Shown piece by piece: positions 1-7,186 of a stretch of DNA of 46,767 nucleotides. The stretch is taken from contig JAISYA010000055.1 in assembly GCA_031270205.1 (NCBI GenBank), forward strand, positions 1-46,767, given 5' to 3'. Source of the stretch: Treponema sp. GTDB taxonomy: Bacteria; Spirochaetota; Spirochaetia; Treponematales; Breznakiellaceae. Each line of letters starts with the position of its first letter. The first letter of the stretch is position 1. The translations under genes and the position numbers were made by a program. The notes beneath the pieces were generated by a model. The model did no database searches. It was given only the letters and a program-made list of their open reading frames with translations, and was not told the origin of the DNA.

Positions 1-83
1 CCGATGACCTGTATAAAATGATGCGGAGGAGTGGTTTCAAGACAATAGCCGCCACGCAAACCGAGGGCCTGCTTGCTCTGTAG
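1..83 (+). CDS. 3' end of a partial CDS (...DDLYKMMRRSGFKTIAATQTEGLLAL*), product unknown
   Basis: Open frame from base 3 to TAG at 81-83, truncated by the window edge. Confidence 0.35.
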   Translation, partial: DDLYKMMRRSGFKTIAATQTEGLLAL

Positions 84-166
84 CTGCTCGTCAACCTTCT
101 TTGCGACTAACACCAAAAAAATATACATTATTGATCCATTTTTCAGAAAATTTGGCCAAAAAGGTC

Positions 167-335
167 GTATAACGTTCCGGCTGTATATGACGGTTTGGCA
201 GGGCGGATAAGCAAACCGCAGGTTTGCAGCCCTGCCAAAATGTGGGTGGAGTGGAGCGTGGGAGGCACAGCCGACCTAGCGAAACGAAACCCCGAGCCGC
301 CTACTGGCGGCGAAGCATATACAGGCCTGTTATGT
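167..335 (-). mobile_element. Integron attC-like recombination site
   Basis: Minus strand: R'' ACATAAC (335-329, containing the cassette ORF stop codon), then GGCCTGTATATG ... CATATACAGCC (paired arms with one extrahelical C), then R' GTTATAC (173-167). Confidence 0.75.
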
Positions 336-776
336 GCCGTTTTTTTTGCTTTTATATTCTTCTATTATTTTATTTATATTATTTTTTCTCATTTTTAGTA
401 TTTCAGCAATTTTTTCTATTTCTATTCCTTTTTCAAAGAGAGTAATAATATATTCTTCGTTTCTATTATTATTCTGCAAATTCATGCCAAACTTTCGAGA
501 CAATCTTTGCCGAATTTCTTTATATGATTCATTTTCTTTATCATTAGACACATCAATCTTAATAATATTGTCAATTTTATTACCATAGTTACCAATTTTA
601 AAGCCATACATTTCTATCTCAATAATCTTTTTTATATATTTTTTATCGTCTTCGGAAGTATTCTCAAATTTTTCATCGGGAGAATAACAAAGATCTCCAA
701 GTTGTGAATAATACCTTACACAACGAATTTCTCTAGGGTTTATTAAATATATACCATCTGATAAATAAAGTTCCAT
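330..776 (-). CDS. AT-rich gene-cassette protein, hypothetical, with C-terminal helix-turn-helix-like segment
   Basis: 148 aa; GGAGG SD upstream; strongly AT-rich versus flanks; C-term IITLFEKGIEIEKIAEILKMRKNNINKII; stop lies inside attC R''. Confidence 0.75.
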   Translation of the reverse strand: MELYLSDGIYLINPREIRCVRYYSQLGDLCYSPDEKFENTSEDDKKYIKKIIEIEMYGFKIGNYGNKIDNIIKIDVSNDKENESYKEIRQRLSRKFGMNLQNNNRNEEYIITLFEKGIEIEKIAEILKMRKNNINKIIEEYKSKKNGT

Positions 777-929
777 TTGTAACCTCCATTTTATCCAATA
801 TAGCGTGCAAGTGTGTTTTCAGTCCCACACCACCACCCTACCACCCTCGCTTGTGGGGATTTTTTCAAATACCCAGCCTGTGTGGATTTTAACCACACCC
901 AAGCGCACCGCTATATTGGGTTTAATTAG

Positions 930-958
930 AGTTTATCATATTCATACAAGCCCGTCAA
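930..958 (-). promoter_or_regulatory. Sigma70-type promoter inside the cassette
   Basis: TTGACG-N17-TAAACT with extended -10 TG on the minus strand. Confidence 0.55.
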
Positions 959-1007
959 GCATTCGGCATTTTTTTTATTTTTTTCAGTAAATTTCAAAAA
1001 AAATGGA

Positions 1008-1095
1008 GCATAACGTTCCATATACGACCTGTTTCGCAAATTCCCCGGTTTATGGGATATATACGAAAGCCGCATATATCCCGCTATTGGTATGC
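1008..1095 (-). mobile_element. Degenerate attC/attI-like site marking the cassette 5' boundary
   Basis: Minus strand GCATACC ... TCGTATATGGAAC-GTTATGC; same GGAACGTTAT ending as the attC at 167-335; internal hairpin GGGATATATGCG/CGTATATATCCC. Confidence 0.45.
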
Positions 1096-1161
1096 GACTC
1101 TTTGGGAAGCGTATGAAGAACGGGCGGCTTTTGAAGAACGCCTGCGGGATAACGCGCCGCT

Positions 1162-1497
1162 CCCCTGGAACTTCTGGGGGCGCCCCTGGAACCGCCAAAT
1201 GTTCCCCCGGAACCGCTAAATGTTCCCCCGGAACCGCCAAATGTTCCCCTGGAACTTTTGGGGACGCCCCTGGAACTTCCAAATGTTCCCCCGGAACTTC
1301 CAAATGTTCCCCTGGAACTTCCAAATGTTCCCCTGGAACTTCCAAATGTTCCCCCGGAACCTCCAAATGTTCCACCGGAACCTCCAAATGTTCCCCTGGA
1401 ACCTCCAAATGTTCCCCTGGAACCTCCAAATGTTCCCCTGGAACTTCTGGGGACGCCCCTGGAACTTTTGGGGACGCCCCTGAAACTTTCAAATTGG
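1162..1497. repeat. 21-bp tandem array, about 16 units, two unit types
   Basis: Units CCCCYGGAACYYCCAAATGTT and CCCCTGGAACTTYTGGGGRCG in exact 21-bp register. Confidence 0.95.
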
Positions 1498-1626
1498 TGT
1501 ATCAAAGTTATGTATTAAAAAAAGGGCTTTGATACCAAAAACTTCTTCCCCGCTTTTCGGCTTTGCGGTAAAAAAACTTCAATCTTGCTGATTTCTCAGC
1601 GCCTGGAAAGTAAACGCCGATGCCAG

Positions 1627-1720
1627 CCAAGCTGCTTTAGCGGCAAGGATCCCTTATATTGTGGATTTTTCGCGTTTTTCCTGAAAAACGCAAAAAAATC
1701 CACAGGCGCAACAGGCTGCC
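1627..1720 (-). repeat. Dispersed palindromic MITE/REP-like element, module A
   Basis: Long hairpin TGTGGATTTTT(C)GCGTTTTTC-CT-GAAAAACGCAAAAAAATCCACA; homologous to 10843-10918, and its ends to 25857-25890. Confidence 0.8.
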
Positions 1721-1725
1721 GGGCG

Positions 1726-2370
1726 TCAGCTTATCTTGTTGCGTCTCGAATTGACGAAACGGGAAAAGTCATTGATATTTTTCACGATGATATGATCGGG
1801 GAAAATCTCCACCCGGTGCTGGGTGACAAAGTGATTCAGGGTGTCCCTGGTTTCGCTGACGCTCATGCCCGCCCAGTGGGCCACATCGGCCACAGTGGTT
1901 CTGAATTCCCGGCTTTCGGCGGTTTTGTCAATGCCGGCCTGAGTCTCTTCGAGCATGAGGAAAACATCGGCAATTTTGGACTGGGGGTCCGGCAGGGTGA
2001 GGATCATGAAGCGCCGCTTGGAATCGTAGATTCTCTTGGCAAACATCTTCAGCAGCTTGAGGGCGATTTGGGGATTGCCCAGCATGAGAATTTCAAAGTT
2101 CTGGGCGTTGAATTCCAGTACCCTCACCCGGTCCAGGGCGATGGCGGTGGCGGAGCGGGGGGAATTTTCCAGAATGGCCATTTCGCCGAACATTTCCGAA
2201 GGCTGCAGAATGTCCAGCGTCCGCTCAATATCTCCGATGATCTTTACCAACTCCACCCTGCCCGACTGGATAAGGTAAAACGTATCCCCCGGCTCAAATT
2301 CGGAAAAGATCATCTCGCCGGCCTGAAATGTCCGGGTAAAACGGCTAAAGGCGGACAGGTCTATCGCCAT
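1726..2370 (-). CDS. Crp/Fnr family transcriptional regulator
   Basis: cNMP-binding motifs (FGEMAIL..SPRSATA) and C-terminal HTH (TVADVAHWAGMS..ETRDTL). Confidence 0.9.
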   Translation of the reverse strand: MAIDLSAFSRFTRTFQAGEMIFSEFEPGDTFYLIQSGRVELVKIIGDIERTLDILQPSEMFGEMAILENSPRSATAIALDRVRVLEFNAQNFEILMLGNPQIALKLLKMFAKRIYDSKRRFMILTLPDPQSKIADVFLMLEETQAGIDKTAESREFRTTVADVAHWAGMSVSETRDTLNHFVTQHRVEIFPDHIIVKNINDFSRFVNSRRNKIS

Positions 2371-3359
2371 TATCCCTCCAGGGCTTTAAGCGCCCGCTTT
2401 GCTTTGATCACGGTTCCGTCATCGGGATCCGCCTGCATGGAGAGGATTTTCGTGTAGAAGGCCGCCGCCTGGCCTTTTTTGCCGAGCCGCTCGTAACACT
2501 GGCCGAGCAGGAACACCACGTCTTTGAGATACGGGTGCCGGGGGTACTGGGTAAGCATGGCGGTATAGTACCCGATGCTGTCGTCATATTTTTTAAGGAA
2601 GAACATGCAGCGGCCGATTTCATACGCACTACGGGCCGTCCATTCCGGGTCGTCGTTGGAGTCCACTATTTTTTTGAAGGCGAAGTAGGCCTGCTGGTAT
2701 TTTTCCTGGGAGATAAGGCTGATCGCGTCGTAATACGCTTTGGCGGCGTCGGACTGGACCTTGCGGCGGATGGCGGGCGCGGCGCGGTACGGTACGGGCG
2801 CATTGGGGTCTTTACTGTCGGCGGCTTTTGCCAGCGCGGCTTCGGCGATCTCCTGGTTCTTCAAGGCCTGCGCGGCGTTTTCCCCCGACGGGTAATAGGT
2901 CAGGTAACGGCTGAACACATAGCGCGCCTGGGAGAAGCGCTCGTTTTTCATGTAATATTCACCCACATTGTACAGCCCTTCATCAGGCTTTAAAGTTTTT
3001 TTCTCCATGAGGCTGGAAACGCGGGTGTGGATTCGCCGCATCTGGCCGGAAAAAACCCTGAGCATCTTCATGATAATTCGGGTATTTGCCATGGCCAGCC
3101 GCTCAAATTCGGGAACCGTGAACGCCATTATAGTCGAATCCGCCAGGGCGATGGCATTTTCCTCCCTCGGGAAGCGGCCCAGGGCGGACTTAACCCCAAA
3201 GAATTCGCCGGACTGCACCTGCTCCCGCACGTCCTCTTTGGTTTCTATATCCTGATGGACCAGGCTCACTTTTCCGTTCTGCAAAATGAAAACATGTTCC
3301 GCCGCATCCCCCTGGAAGTAAACAAGAGAACCTGCATGGTACTGGAACGGTTTCGGCAT
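2370..3359 (-). CDS. Cyclic-nucleotide-binding domain + TPR protein
   Basis: N-term cNMP fold (GEFFGVKSALGRFPREENA) followed by TPR-like helices; start moved to MPKPFQY with AAGGA SD; overlaps the crp start. Confidence 0.85.
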   Translation of the reverse strand: MPKPFQYHAGSLVYFQGDAAEHVFILQNGKVSLVHQDIETKEDVREQVQSGEFFGVKSALGRFPREENAIALADSTIMAFTVPEFERLAMANTRIIMKMLRVFSGQMRRIHTRVSSLMEKKTLKPDEGLYNVGEYYMKNERFSQARYVFSRYLTYYPSGENAAQALKNQEIAEAALAKAADSKDPNAPVPYRAAPAIRRKVQSDAAKAYYDAISLISQEKYQQAYFAFKKIVDSNDDPEWTARSAYEIGRCMFFLKKYDDSIGYYTAMLTQYPRHPYLKDVVFLLGQCYERLGKKGQAAAFYTKILSMQADPDDGTVIKAKRALKALEG

Positions 3360-3373
3360 ATCATCAATTCCTT

Positions 3374-3410
3374 GAGCCTGTTCCAAAACTGAAATTCCGG
3401 ACCAGGCTTC
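3374..3410. repeat. About 36-bp dispersed palindrome (GAGGCTGTTCCAAAAC-N-GTTTTGGAACAGCCTC family)
   Basis: GAGCCTGTTCCAAAACTGAAATTCCGGACCAGGCTTC, similar to 6328, 15311 and 27418. Confidence 0.7.
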
Positions 3411-3541
3411 CTTACCATTTATTTTATGATCGTGGACTGTATCAGTCAACGAGTCGAAATCTGCTATACCATTATCGGCAAAAAAGGGGAATTTCTTAAT
3501 ATCGGTAGATTAGTGCGGGGCTTTACATTAGAATGATCGCA

Positions 3542-4447
3542 ATGATCGATTTGCACACCCATTCAAACGCCTCCGACGGGGATTTAAGTCCCGTCCTGCT
3601 TATTCAGGAAGCGGCAAGACGGGGCCTGCGCGCCGTAGCGCTCACCGACCATGACACTGTCAATGGCCTTGAAAGCGCGAAAACCGAGGCGGAGGCCGCG
3701 GGCGTCGGTTTTATTCCCGGCATAGAGATACACATCAACTGGAAGCCTGTTTCGGACGGAAGATCACCGGAAATATACGGCCTGGGCCCCGGCGGCGAAT
3801 TCCACCTGCTGGGTCTGGGTATACGCCCCAGCCCTGCTTTTTTGACGGCCGTTGGTGAATTGTCCCGCCGCCGCGAGGAGCGCAACCGGGAAATCTTCGA
3901 CAGAATGCGCAAATTGAACATTGAGGCTGAATGGGAGGACCTTTTGGCCCTGTCAGGCGGCCATTCGGTGGGCCGGCCCCATTTTGCCGACCTTCTCGTC
4001 AAGCTCAAAATCGTAAAAAACAGGAAACTGGCCTTTGCCCACTATCTGGGAGCGGGAAAACCCCTCTATGTGCCCAAAGAGGGTATGGAATTTGAGGAAG
4101 CCGCCGCCCTGATTCGGGAATCCCGCGGATTTCCCGTCCTGGCCCACCCCATGTCGCTGTATGTAGCCTGGGGCCGCCTTCCCGGGTTGATACGGGCGCT
4201 GAAAGACCGGGGCCTTATGGGTATTGAGGCGTGGCACCCTACCGCCAAAGCCGGCGCCTGCCGCCGTCTTGGGCAGCTGGCCCAAAGTCTCGGCCTGTAC
4301 GTAACCGAGGGAAGCGACTTCCACAGCGCCGCCCTTTCCGACCGGAAACTGGGCTGTTCCCATAAGGGGCGGCAAATCCGGGACGGTGTTTTAGATGCGA
4401 TACCGGAACTGCTGCCGTTTCTCCCGTCTGTAAAAGATACCGTTTGA
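3542..4447 (+). CDS. PHP-domain phosphoesterase (TrpH/YciV-like)
   Basis: DLHTHS.ASDG, ALTDHDT, VLAHP and GSDFH motifs. Confidence 0.92.
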   Translation: MIDLHTHSNASDGDLSPVLLIQEAARRGLRAVALTDHDTVNGLESAKTEAEAAGVGFIPGIEIHINWKPVSDGRSPEIYGLGPGGEFHLLGLGIRPSPAFLTAVGELSRRREERNREIFDRMRKLNIEAEWEDLLALSGGHSVGRPHFADLLVKLKIVKNRKLAFAHYLGAGKPLYVPKEGMEFEEAAALIRESRGFPVLAHPMSLYVAWGRLPGLIRALKDRGLMGIEAWHPTAKAGACRRLGQLAQSLGLYVTEGSDFHSAALSDRKLGCSHKGRQIRDGVLDAIPELLPFLPSVKDTV

Positions 4448-4481
4448 TTCTTCAAAAGGTGTCGGTCATTTGCGTAGCCGC

Positions 4482-6248
4482 TCAATTTTCAACGGTCAAA
4501 ATCTCAAATGGATCTTCCCCGCGGCGGCGGTGCTGGACGGCTTCCAGAATGTGCGCGGTGTCGATGAGTTCCTTGCCTTCCAGGTCCGCGATGGTCCTTG
4601 CCACCCTGAGAATCCCGTGGTAGGCCCTGCCCGAAAGGCCCAATCGCTCCATGGCCTTGTGAAAGGCGCTTGCCGCCCGCTCGCTCATGGGGCAAAGGGC
4701 TTCCATCCTTCCCGCCGTGAGCAGGGCGTTGCGGCGGATGCCCGTTCCCCGGTAGCGCCGCCGTTGAATCTCAACCGCCGCCAGCACCCGCTTTGCGATG
4801 TCCACGCCGCGTTCTCCGCCCGCTTCAGCCCGCCTGCCCATCTCGCTGATTTTGGGCGGCCGTACCGCGACCCGCAGTTCAAGCCGGTCAAGCAGCGCGC
4901 CGCCGAACTTGCGCCAGTAGCGGTAAATTTCTTCGGGCGAGCAAAAGCAGTCCGCCGCCTCATCCGCCGTCAATTCATCGTATAGCGCGCCGGCGGTGGA
5001 AGCGGCTTTGCTTGCGGCGGCTCTGCCGTAAACCGCGCCGGGAGCGCGCCGCGCCGAGTTGTTCTTCATATTGCGTTCATCCCGTTTGTGTTCATCCCCC
5101 GGTTTCCGCGCGCCCAGACGGCCGCAGGGGCAGGAATTGGCCGCCAGCAGCAACTGAAACTCCGCCGGAAGGCGCACCGGCCCCTCCGCCCGAACAATGC
5201 TTATCACGTGGTCTTCCATCGGTTCCCGCAGGGCTTGCAGCACATTGGTCCTGAACTCCGGGGCTTCGTCAAGAAAAAGCACGCCGAAATGGGCCAAACT
5301 TATTTCGCCGGGCCGGGGGAACCTGCCGCCGCCCAAAATTCCCTCCGCGCTGGCCGAATGATGAGGGGCGCGGAACGGCGGGCGGGTAATCAGCCGGTCG
5401 ATAAAGCCGCCGTTGCGCGAAACGCCCTCTCCCGCCTTGTGCGGCCCGGCAAGACTATAGAGCCGCGTTACTTCCACCGCCTCGTTGGGGGTGAGCGGCG
5501 CCATAATTGAAGGCATCAGGCGGGCCAGCATGGTCTTCCCCGCGCCCGGCGGCCCGAACACCAGCACATTGTGCCCTCCCGCGGCGGCGATTTCCAAAAC
5601 CCGCTTGTACCTGTCCTGGTCCCGCACATCGGCAAAGTCCCCCTCGGCGCTTGCGTCCATCAGGCAAGGCTCCGTATCCGCCGGGCCGTCCAGTTTGGGC
5701 ATGGGAAGTTCCCCGTTCTGTGCGCGGACAAAAAGGGCCTCTACCGCTTCCCGCAAAGTGGCTGCCGCGGTAAAACGCGCCGCCGGCCCCGCTCCGCGGC
5801 GCTCCCCGGCGAGAATCGCCGCCTCGCGGGCGTTTTCCGCCGGAACAATAAACTCGCCAATCCCCTCCTCCAGCCCCGACGCAATGGCGGCCAGCACTCC
5901 CCGCACCGGCCTGATCCTCCCTGAAAGTTCAAGCTCTCCCATCACCAGGAGGCTTTCGGGAACCGGCGCAAGCCCCGCCGCCGCCATCACCGCCAGGGCG
6001 ATAGGCAGGTCCAGCGCCGCCCCGTCCTTCCGCAGCCCCGCCGGCGCCAGGTTTATCAGAATCCGGTCGGCGGGAAAGCCAAAACCCGAATTCCTGAACG
6101 CCACCCGCACCCGCTCCCGCGCCTCCCGTACCGCACCCTCGGCAAGCCCGGTAATATCAACCCCTGGGATGCCCCTGTGAATATCCACCTCGACCCGGAT
6201 AATAATTCCCTCCGCCCCGTAGGGCGTATACGCCATCACACTCATCAT
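4482..6248 (-). CDS. comM: YifB/ComM family Mg-chelatase-like AAA+ ATPase
   Basis: INLAPAGLRKDG..LDLPIA, Walker A GPPGAGKT, RPPFRAPHHSAS, GEISLAH.GVLFLDE, LRVARTIADL. Confidence 0.92.
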   Translation of the reverse strand: MMSVMAYTPYGAEGIIIRVEVDIHRGIPGVDITGLAEGAVREARERVRVAFRNSGFGFPADRILINLAPAGLRKDGAALDLPIALAVMAAAGLAPVPESLLVMGELELSGRIRPVRGVLAAIASGLEEGIGEFIVPAENAREAAILAGERRGAGPAARFTAAATLREAVEALFVRAQNGELPMPKLDGPADTEPCLMDASAEGDFADVRDQDRYKRVLEIAAAGGHNVLVFGPPGAGKTMLARLMPSIMAPLTPNEAVEVTRLYSLAGPHKAGEGVSRNGGFIDRLITRPPFRAPHHSASAEGILGGGRFPRPGEISLAHFGVLFLDEAPEFRTNVLQALREPMEDHVISIVRAEGPVRLPAEFQLLLAANSCPCGRLGARKPGDEHKRDERNMKNNSARRAPGAVYGRAAASKAASTAGALYDELTADEAADCFCSPEEIYRYWRKFGGALLDRLELRVAVRPPKISEMGRRAEAGGERGVDIAKRVLAAVEIQRRRYRGTGIRRNALLTAGRMEALCPMSERAASAFHKAMERLGLSGRAYHGILRVARTIADLEGKELIDTAHILEAVQHRRRGEDPFEILTVEN

Positions 6249-6268
6249 TTTTTTCCCATATCTATATC

Positions 6269-6302
6269 TATATATGGCGCGCGGACGCGAGGCGCTTTAG
6301 TG
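6269..6302 (-). promoter_or_regulatory. Conserved bipartite box upstream of comM (candidate competence promoter)
   Basis: CACTAAAGCGCC-N9-CGCGCCATATATA on the minus strand; both blocks identical to 42811-42844. Confidence 0.7.
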
Positions 6303-6327
6303 TTTTGGGGAATTTGGGATTAAATTT

Positions 6328-6363
6328 GAAGCCCTTCCAAAACTTCAAATTTGGAACAGCCTC
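6328..6363. repeat. About 36-bp dispersed palindrome
   Basis: GAAGCCCTTCCAAAACTTCAAATTTGGAACAGCCTC. Confidence 0.75.
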
Positions 6364-6389
6364 ATTTAGTATAAAAATAAAACGGGCCC

Positions 6390-6450
6390 TTGACAAAAAT
6401 GAATTTAATTCATAAAATTAATAAGCATCGATATTATGAATATCACTCAG
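6390..6450 (+). promoter_or_regulatory. Sigma70 promoter of the tetR operon with overlapping palindromic operator
   Basis: TTGACA(6390)-N17-TAAAAT(6413); palindrome ATGAATTTAATTCAT at 6399-6413 and imperfect copy ATGAATATCACTCAG at 6436-6450. Confidence 0.7.
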
Positions 6451-6466
6451 TGTTTAAGAAGGATAT

Positions 6467-7186
6467 ATGGGAATACAGGAGCGGAAGGAACGGGAACGGG
6501 AGGCGCGGAAGGCCCTGATTTTGTGCGGCGCTGAAGAACTCATCCTGGAAAGGGGCGTGGACGTGGTCAATATGGAGGATATCGCGCAAAAGGTGGAGCT
6601 GAGCGTGGCGACCCTCTATCTGTATTTTTCAGGCAAAAACGCCCTGTTTAAGGAGCTGTGTGACAGCAATACCGAGCGATTTATCAGTATCGTACAGGCC
6701 CAATCACGGCCGGGACTATCCGCTCTGGAGCATATCCGCCTGTTCTGGCTGAGTTATCTTTCCTTCCATGAAACGTCGGATGAAAACATGCTCATAATGC
6801 TCAATATGCGGCAGTATATCGCCGAAGCCTTCCGGTATACCTCTCCCCCGGAAGAATCGCCGGAACAGAATTCTTCAACTTCCGCGTTCCTGTACGGCAT
6901 GATCAAGGGTATGATTACCCAGGGGATTAACGAAGGAATCTTTGATTCCGCCACGGACCCGGATATAAGCACCCGGACCCTCCTTTCGCTGTTTCTGTAT
7001 ATTATGGAATGTACCGCCGCGCTGCCCAAGGCCGAGCGGAAAACGCTCCAGAGTATTGCCGAAATGAAAAAGGTTTTTGAGATTATTTTGCGGGGCATCG
7101 CCGCGGAAGGGGTTGACCGTTCCCTGCTGGCACTGCCGGAACTGGAACAGCACAGGTATGAAGAAGAGCAGCATGAAAATATTTAA
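6467..7186 (+). CDS. TetR/AcrR family transcriptional regulator
   Basis: N-term HTH: MEDIAQKVELSVATLYLYFSGKNALF. Confidence 0.92.
   Translation: MGIQERKEREREARKALILCGAEELILERGVDVVNMEDIAQKVELSVATLYLYFSGKNALFKELCDSNTERFISIVQAQSRPGLSALEHIRLFWLSYLSFHETSDENMLIMLNMRQYIAEAFRYTSPPEESPEQNSSTSAFLYGMIKGMITQGINEGIFDSATDPDISTRTLLSLFLYIMECTAALPKAERKTLQSIAEMKKVFEIILRGIAAEGVDRSLLALPELEQHRYEEEQHENI

Noticed and set aside
926-1532. Five overlapping ORFs with heptapeptide repeats (EVPGEHL, SRGTFGG, PGTSKCS, etc.)
   Set aside because: They are by-products of a stop-free 21-bp repeat; there is no clear SD, and they run across the attC-like site and the cassette promoter.
1585-2457. 290-aa plus-strand ORF and the many other long antisense ORFs (e.g. 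12794-13924, 16235-17143, 34003-34866)
   Set aside because: They are shadow frames of well-supported genes in GC-rich DNA and carry no recognisable motifs.
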